A DNA stretch of 64,000 nt, from the NCBI GenBank assembly GCA_009914755.4, contig CP086569.2, forward strand, positions 24,992,001 to 25,056,000, given 5' to 3'. Position numbers and translations under genes: made by a program. The stretch is from the human T2T-CHM13v2.0 reference genome, Homo sapiens. Positions within the stretch are counted from its first letter, which is position 1; each line of letters opens with the position of its first letter. Positions 1 through 13,471 of this stretch are shown here, piece by piece. The notes beneath the pieces were generated by a model. It was not told the DNA's origin, ran no database searches, and saw only the letters and a list, made by a program, of their open reading frames with translations.

Positions 1-1177
1 AATTCTCTGGCTTCCTGTCATAATCTTATTCAGAGATCTTGATTTCTTTTCACTTATGTAAGATGGAATATTGGTCCATCACATTGATGATATTAGGCTG
101 ATTTAATGGGTGAGCAAGAAGTAGCAAGCACACTTGAATTATTGGTGAGACATTTATGTACCAGAGGATAGAAAATTAATCTCACCAAAATTCAGAGAAC
201 TTCTACTTCCATAATATTCATAGGGGTCCAGTATTGTGAAGCCTGTCAAAATATCTTTTGTAGGGTAAAGAACAAGTTTTTGTATGACCCTCTTATATCC
301 AAGAAAGAGGCACAATACCAGCTAAACCTATTTGGATTTTTGAGACAACATATTTTTCATTTGAATATGTCACCCAGGCCCATTATTGAGTGACCTGAAG
401 GGCTGCCAGCTTTCAGGGGCATCCAGAATAGGAAAAGACTTTGCAGCTACTGTAGGCTGCAGTGCAAACCCCTCTACCACTTGGGCCATATGTATTTTAA
501 GTATTTATCTTAAGTATTTCCTCCTTCTTTTGTTAAAAAAAGTTTGTGCAGATAAACGCATGTACTAAGAAATTATCTTCCTTTTTTATTTTCCTTTATC
601 ATATTACATAAGATTTACTGAGTTCTTATCAACATTGGCGTATTGTAAACTTTATGAAATATGGTTTGATTTGGGGATTGCTGCATTCCTGGTTGTAAGA
701 GGATAATTGTATTATGTTAGGTATGATTATGACCTCATTTTTGTCTGCATTTGAAGATTATGTATTATAGCAGGAGATGTGTATTGATTCAAGTTGACAA
801 GGGGTGGACTTTGATGGTTAATACTGAGTATCTAATTCATTGGATTGAGTGATATAGAGTATTAATCCTGGGGGTGTTTCTTGGGTGTTTCCCAAAAAAA
901 GATTAACATTTGAGTCAATGGGAAGATCTATATTAATCTGTTGGGCACAATCTAATAAGCTTCTAGCAAATATCAAGCAGACAGAAACACATCCAAAAGT
1001 AAGATGGGCATAGCTTCCAAAGCTTGTATCTGTCTCTCATGCTGGATACTTCTTGCTCTTGGACACCGGACTCCAAGTTCTTCAGTTTTGGGACTCCAAC
1101 TTACTCTCCTTGTTCCACAGCTTGCAGGCAGCCTATTGTGATCATGTACGTAATTACATATTTTTATATACATATGT

Positions 1178-1232
1178 ACACACACATACACACACACATA
1201 CATATATATGTGTATATATATAAATATATAAA
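1178..1232. repeat. compound (CA)n/(TA)n microsatellite
   Basis: The sequence itself shows catacacacacatacacacacacatacatatatatgtgtatatatat. The short ORFs called here translate as YIYI/HTHT peptides and are repeat artefacts. Confidence 0.8.
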
Positions 1233-1365
1233 GGGATGCCAAATTAAATAGTTTGTAAGTATTCTCAAAAAGCATTATTTGAATAAATACTGTAACTGTA
1301 AACCTTCTTTTATTAAGTCAGCTTATTTGATGGTGATATCATAAACTAATACCATACAAAAAATC

Positions 1366-1400
1366 TTGACATATATATATATATGTGTGAGTGTGTGTTT
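1366..1400. repeat. (TA)n(TG)n microsatellite
   Basis: The run tatatatatatatgtgtgagtgtgtgtt is visible directly. Confidence 0.7.
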
Positions 1401-4400
1401 CTGTGGCCCATACAGATCTCTGTAAAACAAACAGTTTTAAAGTATTTATTTTTCTATTTACTTACTGCCAAGGCTATAAAACCTACATCAGGTTAGTTAC
1501 TTAATAAATGGTTACAATTTAGTAAATACTCTATTTCTTTGAAAATAAAAGTGTATTATGTCTCCTTAGAAAATGACAATTTAAACTTTCACAAGGATTT
1601 AGTAAATACTGGCTCTATATTGTAAAATGTAGCCATTAAAATCAGGTTTAAATTTAAATAATCTATAAAGCCTAACTACCTCAGTGAAAAAGCTTTCACA
1701 AGTAATGATAATAGTAATAATATGAAGCAGTGCCAGCACTTTGAAAAATCAGAAGGTCAATCACAGACTTCCATAAATATTCCTCTTTCACTACAAGATT
1801 GGCCTGAACAACTTGGTTTCTACAAATAATGCCAGCTTCTGTACACCACTTAATGTCTGCCAATGCCTTGACTTGAACTCTGCATTGTTCCAAGAATGTG
1901 TCTAAACAGCAGAGCTCTCTCTCAGCATATTAAGTAAAAAAACAAAACAACAACAAAAAAAACTTGCCTTTTCATTTTAGGTATTGAATGGCATTGTATT
2001 AATCTTGGAAAAAATGCAAGCCCTATATGGGTAGGAGTTCTGCCTTGTAGACTAGGCTCTAGCATCGATAACAGAGCTTACAGGTTAGGCGCTAAGTGGG
2101 AACAAAGTATGCTCTGTAAGTGTGGATAACTAACATGTTGTTACTTGCTAAAGTCCTGAAACAAATTTTTTATTCAAACTAAAAGGATTTTACGTCGTCG
2201 AAATTCAACTGCTTTTGGATTTATCTTAACATTTTCAAATATTGTTCCCTATTACATCAATTTCTTCATTCATTGATCTTTATTTTCTCTTATTGTCTAA
2301 TATGTATTTTTGTGAATGCATTTTTATTACGTTGGAATAAGGCAGAGCACAAATAATTCTGATCAAAGATGCCCACTATGAAAAGTTCTATCAAATAATT
2401 TTTTAAGAGGTGAATATATTTGAGCATTAGTTTTACTCAACAACTTTAGCAAAAGTGAAAATCCTCTAAACCCAGCTATAGTCCTTGAAAACTTGGTTTT
2501 CATTTAGCTTGCTTATTGTAATATCCTAGGAACTTTCATGTCATAACACATACTGAAAGCACAATGTGTATCCATAAACAATGCACATGTGTGCATATGT
2601 ATTATTTATGACTTTTCAACTGCAGCCAAGATTAGCTCTATCCCAAATGCCAGGGATTGAGTTTTCTCCCTTGGTACCTCCAAAGTTGAGGCTGACTAGG
2701 GCTTTATTTTTTTGATATTAATGTTTTACAAAAGATTGAAAAACTAATAGGAAGGAAAAGCAGAAAAATAGAAAATATATGGCTTAGTTTCTAATCATTG
2801 ATTAACTGAACTGACCTTACTTTACTAATGCTTACCCTAAGTTGAATCAATTGAACTTTACATAGGCTTTTTCAAATCCTTCTGCTTTATGGAAAACAAA
2901 GTAGGAGTTAAGAAATCTTCAAAATACAATACCAAAGAATTCTAAATGTGTATTTTTAAAAATAATTTTCTCCAGAAATGGTTCAACACTGTTACTTTCT
3001 CAAAAGCACCTGAGACTCAAGATTTTAGGATATTTAGCAGCATTTCTAACCTCTCAGCAATAGATACTAGTAATGTACCAGCCTCAAAACTTCAACTTCC
3101 AATCATGAACCAGGCTTAGGATGAAATTTAAAGTAAAATCTACAAACGTATAAAAACCCTAGCCAATCACATGGACTGTTGGTTACTTCTATGAACTCAT
3201 CCACTGTAATTGTTTCCCTTATACTGTCTGTGGCAGCCACAGTTAGCTGGCTTTTTAAAAACAATTTAAACAGGCTTCCACCAGGGATCATCGTACTTGC
3301 TGACTTTGCTGCATGCTTACATAATTTTTTTTATTATTTTATTTAGATATTTACTTGAAAGTTACTTTTTAAGCCACTTAATTCATATTTGTTTTACATA
3401 AAACCAAAATGAAGTTTATAACAGAGAACCTTGCCTCATATATTTTATATGAAATTAATCATTTCAATTAATTTAAAAAACCAAAAACTGCATAACATAA
3501 AAACTAAAACAAAAGCCTAACATCTTGGATTCTAAATTGGAAGTGTAACATTCAATTTAAGTATTTTAAACAAGAGAGAAAACATAAAACTCTTAAATAA
3601 AAATAATCTCAGAAATTAGAAAACACTCAGTGCTTCATAGATAAAAATAAAAGCAAAACTGCAGGGTTGGTAGTTTCAAACTATTTCAAAAAAAAAAAAA
3701 TCAAAAACAGCCTGGACCTGAAAATCCATAGTTTATATCAACCAAGTAAACATTTAATCAAGAAAAACAATTATAAAAGGGTAAAGATTTTAGTTTTTTT
3801 TTCTCTTTGTGGATTGCCATATCACCTTCAAGTCATGGATGAAGCCTTCAGAATTGATAACCACATTGTCAAAGTGAGGACCTGATTCCTGCTTCTGGAA
3901 AAAGCAAAGAAACTCTTATGTGCTAAATTATTGTGTTGTTTTTTTCCAGGATTTCTAGAGGATAAATGAAATTTCATAAAATAATTCTGTATTTCTCTTT
4001 TGCCTAACTCAAAAGTCACTCTCTGTTGGAAATGACAGGAATAGGTCACAAATATTTAAGTTTTGGAGAATAAAAAATATAGTTATTTTATACAATAGGT
4101 AAACTATAAACAGGAAGAAACATTGGAGAGATTTGTATTTGCAAATATCTGAATATTCAGAAGAAGTTTAATACACTGAAGCACTTAGAAAATCATGCAT
4201 ATGCTCACTATGGAAACATCCTAAAAATTAACGTAAAACAATTTGCATTAACCCCCAAGTTTATCTACAGCTCAAAGTGAGAAGAAACTGAAGGTTAAGA
4301 CAGAATTAGCAAAAACCCCCATGAGGGTTACAAGAGAGTGTTAATACATACCCAGTATTTAAAAGTGATAGGTTTTATATTGCTCTTATTCATTTTAGTA

Positions 4401-4739
4401 ACGAATAAAACACTTTTCATTTCAGAAATAAAGAAAAGCATTCAGAGTTAGCATGTTATGACATTTCTAATACAGAGTTAGCATTCGGTGTTAGCACAGT
4501 ATAACATTTGAAATATAGTTTTCTGAAAAGCAAAAACACAAAAACCAAGAGAAAATTATGACCAATGTAAACTAAATGAAGGAATTAAATGTGTCCCAAA
4601 TTTTACAGACAAATAACTTAAAACAATTTTAAGTAAGGCTAAATAGAAATGACTGACAAATGATGAAAGAACAACATGAGCGCATCACTGAGACAAATTA
4701 TAAAAGAAACCACAAAAAGGGGAGATAATGACTGAAATA

Positions 4740-5450
4740 AAGTCGACCATAAAGGTATTTAAAAGCAGATTTGAGCAGGTAAATATTCAGTCAGTCTGAA
4801 GGAATAAAAACTGAAATAACCCACTTTGAGAAGTAAAATAAACAAAATTATGTGAAAAAAAACTAAAGAGTAAACAGAACACTGCGAGGTATACTGGTGC
4901 ATGCAATATGAGCATCTGATAAATGAAGAAAAACAGAGGCCAAAAAGTTTAAGGCAAAAATGGCTGTACATTTCCTGAACTTGAAAATCTGTGTCTAAAA
5001 TTTGAAAGAGAACAAAAATCTTTAACCACAATATAGTTAATGATAGCCACATCAGAAAACATTACAGGCCATCAAGAGCCAATGCACAGAAAAGAGTAAA
5101 AACAGAAGGGGAACAGCATCTTACTATGTGCAAGAAGGTCTTGATTAAAATTAACAGATGACAGTTCAACAGAAACCTCAGAAGTCAGAAGGTGGTGGGA
5201 TATACAAATTTTAGCAGAAAAAAAAAATGCTATCAAGCATGAAATATATAGCTGGTAAAATGACATTCAAGCAAAAATATCTAGATAAAGAAAAGCTAAA
5301 GGAAATTGTGACTAATGCTTCTCTAAAAGAAAATGATATTACTATTAAAACCCTGGCAAACATAACTATTAATGAACACTCAGTGTGCACAGATATAATC
5401 AGAGACAATAATATAAATTGAGAAGGATGGAAAACTACAAGAGCAGCATA
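4740..5450 (+). mobile_element. ancient L1 (LINE-1) ORF1-region fragment, diverged
   Basis: This stretch is A-rich and resembles the L1 ORF1 5' portion, for example aaaaactaaagagtaaacagaacactgcgaggtatactgg versus L1 aaaaatgaacagagcatcagtgagctgtgggac. It also shares the motif atttaaaagcagatttgagcagg with the L1 fragment at 6915. No intact ORF remains. Confidence 0.35.
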
Positions 5451-6342
5451 TTTTTATATTGTTGACCTTAAACATTAGATTATTCACACAAGTTAGTATT
5501 GTTCATAGTAGGTTATTTTAAGTTTTCAATAATAATTGAAGTCCCATATATACCTAATTGTAATATAAAAAATACAACAAAGTTTTTAAAAAATTAACCA
5601 AATTTTTTTAAATTAGCCAAAAAAATAAGGATCAAATAAGAGAAAGAACACATGGAAAACAAGAAAGTCAATGTCAGAGTATGTAATATTTTACTTGTAA
5701 CAACTTTAAATGTGAGCTCTTGCTTAAAAAGTCACACACTGGTGCCAGTGTACCCTTAAACAAAGGAGTCACTCGGTGACTGCTATGCAAGGCATACTTT
5801 AGGTGCAAAGACAAATAGGCCAAAGTAAAATGATAGTAGATTCTGGGAAAGTGTTGCAATGTACTACAGAGCACTCTACTTCCATCTCTTCAACTATACA
5901 ATAGGTGCAGTGGCAGGATTAATATGATGCAGTTACTGTAGAATTTGAGAGTCTACCTGAAGCTTACAGCTTCCAAAAAATTTTGTATAGTAAAAAAATT
6001 AAATTTTATCAATTTTATAGCACAGATCAGCAGCAGCTACTTATTTTTATTAATGAAGGGATGCTGCCTTGCAAATATTTCTGGAGCAGCTTACAAGAGC
6101 CATGGTAAACAAAAAGGACACTGTCCTCCAAATTGCAGGAGGACTCATTCACCAATTGCTGTTTCTGCTTATGGATGTCCCAACAGAGGTGAACAGCCAT
6201 TGTTTTATACCCCAAACATTATTCAGTCTCTTTGTCCCTCTGCACAACAAACTTTCAGAAGATTAAGAAGTCAGAACATGTTTTCCTAATTGTTCTTCTT
6301 TTTCTCTTAAGAGGTTAGACATTTGTGGACAAAAACATTCAA

Positions 6343-6391
6343 AACTAAACACACACACTCACACAAACACACACACATATATATGTATGTC

Positions 6392-6451
<60 letters not shown>

Positions 6452-6470
6452 TATATATATAATGAATTGT
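6343..6470. repeat. compound (CA)n(TA)n(GT)n microsatellite
   Basis: This is a long perfect (TA)n run flanked by CA and GT dinucleotide runs. Confidence 0.9.
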
Positions 6471-6889
6471 GGCTTTAATGATATGTGCCCCAAAACAATG
6501 AGGCTCAAAAAAGACCCAAGAAGAAGCTCAGTAAGGCTGACTTACAGGAGAGAAAAAGCCTATATAATAAACAAAACCTTACCAAACCATAGAAGAAGAA
6601 AATGGTATTTTCAGTGTTACAGCACTTTAAAATTTAAATGCTCTTTTTCAGCGCAAGCAAAATCACAAATTACAGAATGAAATAGACAAGTATGGCTTAT
6701 TTTAAGAACATAAAAAAATTACGAAGGAGGTTTTTTTAGACAGCCCAAATGGCAGTCTTACTAAAACATTTTAGTTAACAATTAAGCTTCATGTTAAGAT
6801 AATATAATAAACAAAAGAAGCTCAAAAAATATGAACAAAACTTATTAATAAAAAGAGTAAAGTTATTTTATAACCTAAAAAGTCTAGAG

Positions 6890-7470
6890 ATAAAAGTAAG
6901 AAAAATTTGCTACAGATATTTAAAAGCAGATATGAGCAGGGGAAGAACAAAATATCAGCATAGTAAAGAAAGGGTAGTTGACATTATTTATTACATTATG
7001 AAAGGAAAGAAAAAAATAAGGAAATGAGAACACAGCCTAGAATGCTGTGGGACACTATCAAGCAGCCATATTTACACATAATGGAAGTGGAAAGGGTGAG
7101 ACAAAGAATCAGGGAGACTATTTAGAAACAACAGTGGCAAAGAATACCAAGATCAAAAAACTCCAAGTTAGAGAAACTCAAAGCAACAAACTCAAATTCT
7201 ATGATAACTAAACTCTGTAAAAGAAAGAGAGAGAAAATCTTGAAAGCAGCAAAAGAAGTGACTAATCATGTTCAAAGAAACCTCAACAATAATCAGCAGA
7301 TTTCTTATCTGAAAACTCAGAAGACAGAAAGCAATAGACTAACAAATACCAAATGATGTAAGAAAAAACTTTTGAACGGAAATCTTATGTTCAAAAAATT
7401 GTCATTCATAAGTGAAGGAGAAATTATGACATTTCCAGATAAAAGCTGGGACTTTTACCAGTAGACTACT
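6890..7470 (+). mobile_element. L1 ORF1 3'-portion fragment (copy A of duplicated unit)
   Basis: The strings ctgtgggacactatcaagcagcc, aagaaagagagagaaaatcttgaaagcagcaa, gatttcttatctgaaaactcagaagacagaaagcaatag and ttccagataaaagctggga match the L1 ORF1 consensus (cctgtgggacaccatcaagca, gagaaaatcttgaaagcagc, atttctcatcagaaac, cattcccagataaacaaaagctgagg) in sense orientation. Confidence 0.6.
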
Positions 7471-8184
7471 TTTTAAAAAATGCCTTATGGGGTCCTTCAT
7501 GGTAAAATGAACAGACATTCAACAGTAGCAAAAATGAGTATATATAAAGCAAAGATAAATACCTTAACAATTACAAAACATAAAAAATTAGCAATGTGCA
7601 CCTCCACAGTTTGTTTCCCATATAATTTAAAACACTAATATATTTAAGAAAAATACTATCATCCAGTTGTGTTTTTGACATACAATACATAAAGGTATGA
7701 TTTTGAGAACTCAATAAGTGAAATAATTGGGGTGAAGCTATACAGAGGTAAGAGATTTGTATGTTATTGAAGGTAAGCCAGCATAACTTTAAAAGTGGAA
7801 TAACTTTAAAATATTGAATGTAGTCATATTATCAATGACAATTAAAAAAGTAAAAGGGTAAAAGGCAGGTAGAAAGCGTTCTGTACTACATCAGAGAGTA
7901 GGAGCTGTGGATTTAGCTCCTCTCACCTGAGGCTACTGAGCCACCTATCATGGCACCATGACACAGAGCCCAAGCTGTCACATCAGGGAGTGAGTGTGGA
8001 GACTTTCAGGCAGAGAGCACAGCTCCTATTTTACACAACTTTCACTAAACCAGTGGCGACAAAGTGGAAGGGGCTCATCCATACACAGAAACTGGTGAAG
8101 CACTGGAGGCAGAAACAAGTGGCTATGTGGAGACAACTGAAAGAAAGTTGGCACAGCAACTGCTCCAATCCTGTGTCTTTCTTC

Positions 8185-8257
8185 ATGGCTTCCCAGGTGT
8201 TTGAGGTTGAACCTCTTGTTGACACAAAACAAGACAAAAATGGGAATACAGAGAACT
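8185..8257 (+). pseudogene. CDY-family N-terminal remnant (first ~24 codons) left after deletion of the rest of the retrogene
   Basis: The remnant translates as MASQVFEVEPLVDTKQDKNGNTEN, matching the CDY N-terminus MASQEFEVEAIVDKRQDKNGNTQY. Homology then jumps straight to sequence that lies in the 3' flank of copy B at 15455. Confidence 0.6.
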
Positions 8258-9989
8258 GGAAATGTCCAAGCTATGTATTTAAATTATCAAAACATTTTTA
8301 AGCACTGTAACTTTAAAATAAGTAATAAAACAGCTTCATTGCCTAAATGTGATTATTTCATGCATACACAAGCCCAAATATAAAAGCAGACTGGTGAGCA
8401 CTAAACTGTTCTTGCAAGATCTAAATTTTATCTATGTCTACTATGATATATAAGACCAGAATTGTGTTTTATTAGATTTGAATGGCAAAAATTTGTGTAA
8501 TAATGTTTGTTTTTATTATTTATTTTTACCTTAGAATGCAGATGCTACTGGGGTATGAGGCAACCTCTACTCCCTCCCACAAAAACAAGACACAGAATTA
8601 TCAGTAATTGTGTCTTTGACTTTACAGTGTCACACATAACTCAGAGAAACAACATTCTAAATTAAAAGACTTGTCTTTTAGGATAAATATTTCTGACACA
8701 AAATTCACTGATGATCATTCTGCCAAACTCAACATATGGTTAGAATTTATGTTGAGATATAACTTTTCTTTTATTTTATAAATGTCTAGTTCTTACTCAG
8801 TTAACATAAAGAAACCTTTATCTTTCTAAGTGTAAAACATATTGCACTCTATTAGTGAATTATGGAATCATTTTTGTGGAAATATCCATGTTTTAATGTT
8901 CATCCTGTGCAGACATAGATTAACTTAGAGTATGTTCTAGTTAACAAGTTAAAATTCTGGACACATTATTAAAAACAGAAACTTCTTTCAAAGTAAGGAA
9001 AAGACTCCTACACTCAGCATGACATTTAAAATTATTGGTGTCTGTTTTTACGTGCACACAATTTTATAGAATACTCTACCTGTTCAGCTACCAGAAGCTT
9101 TCTGAATCCTTTCCTGTTGGTTTCTATGGAAGTTCCATTATATAGGCATAATTGAATAATCCACTGGCCATTGTTGATGAATGACATTTGTCACAGGATC
9201 TCTAGGGTATGGCTTCACCAGCAAAGAAACTGTGGATGATGGCACATTTGCACAATGTCAGAGTGGGCACTGGGAGCTTGGAGAGGCCAGGCAATGGGAA
9301 TAGGAACTACAGGGAATTTGTTGGAAGGATGGCTTCCCACACCTTGGAAAGTAGATGGGTGCTTGAGTCTGCAGCTGTGGTGGGGCAGCTGCCACTGTTC
9401 CTGAGTAGGTGGGGCTCCTTATAATTCCACTTGGATGTGAGTGTGGTTTCTGCCTTTTCTCTGTTTCCACCAGTTTCACAGAGTGTACAGCTCTGGCTTC
9501 ACCTCCCTCATTGCACCTGAAATCTTTGCAGCAGCCTCTCTAAATGGGCTGCTGCTGCCATTACCTGCAGCATCTCTCCCATTTCAGAATGATGCAGAGT
9601 TCATCTGAGAGTTCCTACCATTAAATCATGCCTTGGATTTTCATTGAAAAGCCCCAGTGTGCAGATCTACATCAATATTATCATATTAACAGACAGCACT
9701 TTGGAGATTCCAAAGGTTTTAGGAGTTTTATAGCAGAAAGCAGACAAACATCAAACATGCTTTACAAACTTACAGCTACTAAAAAGAAAACCCCAGGACT
9801 AGAGTTTCAAATTTTGAATTCTAAGCATTAAAACAATGTACTCCTTTATTAAAAACATTTATTTTAAAAGAAGAAAGTACAAATTGAACATGGCTAACAC
9901 AAAAATTTCAAATGTACTCTAATGTGAACTTTGATAGATTCCATGACAAAAGTAAAAAACTGCACAGAAAAGCCCTTAACACAAATGTT

Positions 9990-11090
9990 GTTTAATCTAC
10001 AAAATATACAAAATTACCTTCATGAAAGTGTGAGAGAAAAAAGAAGTGAGGAAGCTAGAAGCAGTTTTTGGAAAAACTCTTTTACACAGGGGAACAGCCT
10101 GAAAACATAGGATGCAGACACTGATAAAAAAAAAATTTAAGATGATGATAGCCTTAAGATATATCCACAACTGCACTAATAAGGCAACAAGGCAGAATAT
10201 AGAAATGACTTTGTCATTTTTGCCTAAAACATATTCATGGCTGTAAAGATAAAGGAATGAGGCCAAAAGAATAAATGCCTTTGCCATTCATATAATCAGC
10301 AGACTTCAAGAAAATACACACTCCTCCATTTGTGGGCATGACACACGGTAGGCTCCAGTGGGTTCTGATGTAATTTTTTCTCTATTTTGGACATATGAGC
10401 CAAGCATTTATGAATTATCTCTTCAGCTTCTGCTTTTCCTCAGCCCAATGTTCCAGACAAAGCTTTTACTTTAGCCTCTCATTTTTCCCAGACCAGGTAC
10501 TGAAACTAGCTAAGTAGTGCTTTCTTCAAGACAGCTCAGAGACACCTCAGAAAATTTTGTTCTTTACAGTTCATAGAAAGCCCTGACCAAGCTTTACAGT
10601 TGGAAACTCTCTCAAATCCCTTCTTCACTGTCAGGAGTTTTCTTCTTTTGCTTGTTAACCTTTTGTTCCTAATTGAACTTTGCATCATGCAGACTCCTTA
10701 ATTATTGTGGCCACGAGACATTACTTCAGCCTGTGATTGGTCCCAAGCCAAGGTCTCAGGCTGAGTTGTCACTTCCTTTTTTGTCCAGGGCCAAGTTCCA
10801 AGGCTGAGCTTAGTAGCTTCTATAAATCATAACTTCAGTTCCAGATGAATCCAAGAAAAATGTTCAGGGCCAAGCCAAATAACACTTACTCTAAGACCAC
10901 TAAGCACATTATTTTACTTCCCTGCCTTTAGAAACCATAAATCCCAATCTCATAGTAGGTAAACCATTTGCATTCCACCTCCACTGTGAAGAGCTTTTTT
11001 ACTTTCACTTATCAAAATTTTGCTTCAAATTGTTTGCATCCATTCTCCTTAATTTTCTTGGCCATGGGACAAATAGCTCTGTGTGATACC
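9990..11090 (+). repeat. unclassified ~1 kb dispersed repeat (R-unit), copy A
   Basis: This copy shares aacagcctgaaaa(c/a)(a/t)taggatgcagacac, tagtgctttcttcaagac, ggccaagttcc and a terminal ctgtgtga(t/c)acctcacaa block with 17575-18330 and 35790-36570. Confidence 0.5.
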
Positions 11091-11269
11091 TCACAATTAG
11101 AGACTTTTATATTGTGGTGTATGAGTGAGACTGAAATGATTGAAGTATTGGAATTGAGCTCTGGGATGCATTAGCCTTGAAACACTGTAATACACAGACT
11201 TGGGGGCAGTCAACCATGTACTGGTCACCAGTACAGGTTGGAAAGGGTCAAGGTAGCTTCATGCAGCCT

Positions 11270-11770
11270 AGAAACCTGAGGGACACCATCAATCAGCCAT
11301 ACTTATGCAATTTGGAAATTCGAAAGAAGAGAGAAAGAATCAAGGACACTACTTAACAAAATAGGCATAAAGAAGGTAACAATTTAAGACAATAAATAAG
11401 CACCCAAGAATCTCAACAAACTCCAAGTAATAGAAACTCAACAAACAAACTCAAACTTACCTGATAATTGAACTGTCTAAAACAAATACAAAGAGAATCT
11501 TGAGGATTTTCAAGGGAAGCAAGGGAAGTGGCTAGTCATGTAAAAGGGACCCTCAAAAATAACCAGTGAATTTCTTATCTGAATAACCACTGAATAACTG
11601 GTGGATTTCTTATCTGACAACTAAGATGACAGAAAGCAGTAGACTAATATATTCCAAGTGATATCAGAAAAAACTGTCAAACCTAAAACTTATGGTCCAA
11701 TAAATTGTCCATCAAATGTGTGGGACAAATTATAACACTCCCAGATAAAAGCTGGCACCCTTAACCAGTA
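11270..11770 (+). mobile_element. L1 ORF1 3'-portion fragment (copy B of duplicated unit)
   Basis: The strings cctgagggacaccatcaatcagcc, caaagagaatcttgagg, ttccc agataaaagctggcaccc parallel the copy-A fragment and the L1 ORF1 consensus. The copy contains a small internal tandem duplication (cagtgaatttcttatctga ... ggtggatttcttatctga). Confidence 0.6.
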
Positions 11771-12387
11771 AGCTACACTTCAAGAAAACACTCATATATT
11801 TAATAAAAAAAAAACTACCATTATTGGGGGAACCACCACTGATAATTCAATGTAATTTATTTTCTATTTTCCCTAAATGTCAGCCAGTATGAGAAATAAA
11901 GGGAAAGAGTACAAAAGAGAGAAATTTTAAAGCAGGGTGTCCAGGGGAGACTTCACATGTCGGCAGGTTCTGTAATGCTCCTCAATCAGCAAAACCAACA
12001 AGTTTTTATTAGCGATTTTCAAATGGGAGGGAGTGTAAAAATAGGGTGTGGGTCACAGAGATCACATGCTTCATAAGGCAATAACATATCACAAGGCAAA
12101 TGGGGGCAGAGCACTAGGGCAAAATTAAAATTGCTAATGAAGTTTTGGGCACATATTGTCATTGAAAACATCTTATCAGGAGACAGGGTTTGAGAGCAGA
12201 CAACCGTTATGACTAAAACTTGCTAGGCAGGATTTCCTCATCCTAATAGGCCTTCGAGCACTATGGGAGACTGAGGCTTATTTCTTCCCTTATCTGCAAC
12301 CGTAAAAGACAGACATTCCCAGAGCAGCCATTTCAGAGTCCTTCTTTTAAGAACACATTGTGTTTCTCAGGGCTGTTCCTTGCTGAG

Positions 12388-12389
12388 AA

Positions 12390-12420
<31 letters not shown>

Positions 12421-12446
12421 CAAAAAACCAACCAAACAAACAAAAA
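12388..12446. repeat. (AAAAC)n microsatellite
   Basis: The run aaaacaaaacaaaacaaaacaaaacaaaaaaccaaccaaacaaacaaaaa is visible directly. Confidence 0.85.
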
Positions 12447-12702
12447 GTGATATTTCTCCTATTCACTTTTGTAAGAAGAGAAACGTGACTCTGTTCTGCC
12501 TGTCTCTCAGGCAGTCAGACCTGATGGTTATCTCCCCATTCCCTAAACATTGTTGTTATCCTGTTCTTTTTTCAAGGTGCCTAGATTTCATATTGTTTAA
12601 ACACAAATGCTTTACAAACAATTTGTGCAGTTAACTCAATCTTCACAGGGTTTTGAGGCAATATAGATCCTCAGCTTAAAAAAGATGATGAGATTAAGAG
12701 AT

Positions 12703-12880
12703 TAAAGTAAAGACAGGCATAGGAAATCACAAGAGTATTGATAAGGGAAGTGATAAATGTCCATGAGATCTTCACAATTCATGTTTGCAGGTTGCAGTAA
12801 AGACAGGTGTAAGAAATTATAAAAGTATTCATTTGGGGAACTAACAAATGTCCATGAAATCTTCACAATTTATGTTCCTC
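12703..12880. repeat. two tandem ~88 bp units
   Basis: The units are taaagacaggcataggaaatcacaagagtattgataagggaagtgataaatgtccatgagatcttcacaattcatgtt and taaagacaggtgtaagaaattataaaagtattcatttggggaactaacaaatgtccatgaaatcttcacaatttatgtt. Confidence 0.6.
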
Positions 12881-13149
12881 TGCCATGGCTTCAGCAGGTC
12901 CCGCCGCTCAGGGTCCCTGACTTCCTGCAACACTACCACTAATTTGTGTTTTTGACATACAATGCATCAAGGTACAATTTTGAGAACTCAATAACTGAAA
13001 TAATGGAGTTAAGTTATACAGGAGTAAAGGTTTTGTATGTTACTAAAGGTAAGCTAGTGTAACTTTCAAAATGTTATAACATTCGAATGTTCAATTTAAT
13101 CATCATAGCAACCACAACTAGTCAAAACAAACAAACAAACACAAAAGAG

Positions 13150-13471
13150 TAACAGGCAGAAAGAAGGCTTTCTGTATACCAGAGAATAGGGGCTGTGGAT
13201 TTAGCTACTCTTATCTGAGGCTACTGAGCCAGGTATCATGCTCCATGAGATAAAGCCCAAGCTGTCCTACCAGGGAGAAAGTGTGAAGAGCCTAAGGCAC
13301 ATAGCATAGCTGCTATTTCACACAATTTTCACTGCACCAGTGGCAATGAAGTAGAAGAGGCTCATCCATACTCAGAACCTGGTGAAGGACTGGAGGCAGA
13401 AAGAAGTGGCTGTGTAGAGATGCAACTGAAATAAAGCTCACAGCAACTGCTCCAATCCTGTGTCTTTCTTC
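13150..13471 (+). promoter_or_regulatory. CDY-locus 5' flank or putative 5' UTR-promoter region, conserved in both duplicate copies (paralog at 7860-8184)
   Basis: This block is about 85 percent identical to 7860-8184 and lies immediately upstream of the CDY start codon in both copies. Any function is inferred only from position and conservation. Confidence 0.2.

Larger units (their letters stand above)
6890..11265 (+). repeat. tandem segmental-duplication unit, copy A (about 4.3 kb; paralog of 11270-18390, CDY body deleted)
   Basis: Colinear blocks align by eye at roughly 80-88 percent identity: 7035-7470 with 11270-11770, 7560-8257 with 12920-13540, 8257-9260 with 15455-16450, and 9990-11090 with 17575-18330. 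Confidence 0.6.
11820..12920. other. ~1.1 kb segment present in copy B but absent from copy A (insertion in B or deletion in A); unclassified, possibly LTR-derived
   Basis: Flanking homology to copy A resumes at 12920 (caacactaccactaatttgtgtttttgacatacaatgc versus 7660 atcatccagttgtgtttttgacatacaatac). The segment contains (AAAAC)n and an internal ~88 bp tandem duplication. Confidence 0.4.

Noticed and set aside
9300-9990. Extension of copy A / copy B homology through 9300-9990 versus 16450-17575
   Set aside because: Only short shared words (gtggatgatggcac) were seen by eye beyond about 9260 / 16450. The intervening sequence could not be aligned confidently, so the duplication units are annotated with a gap of uncertain homology here.
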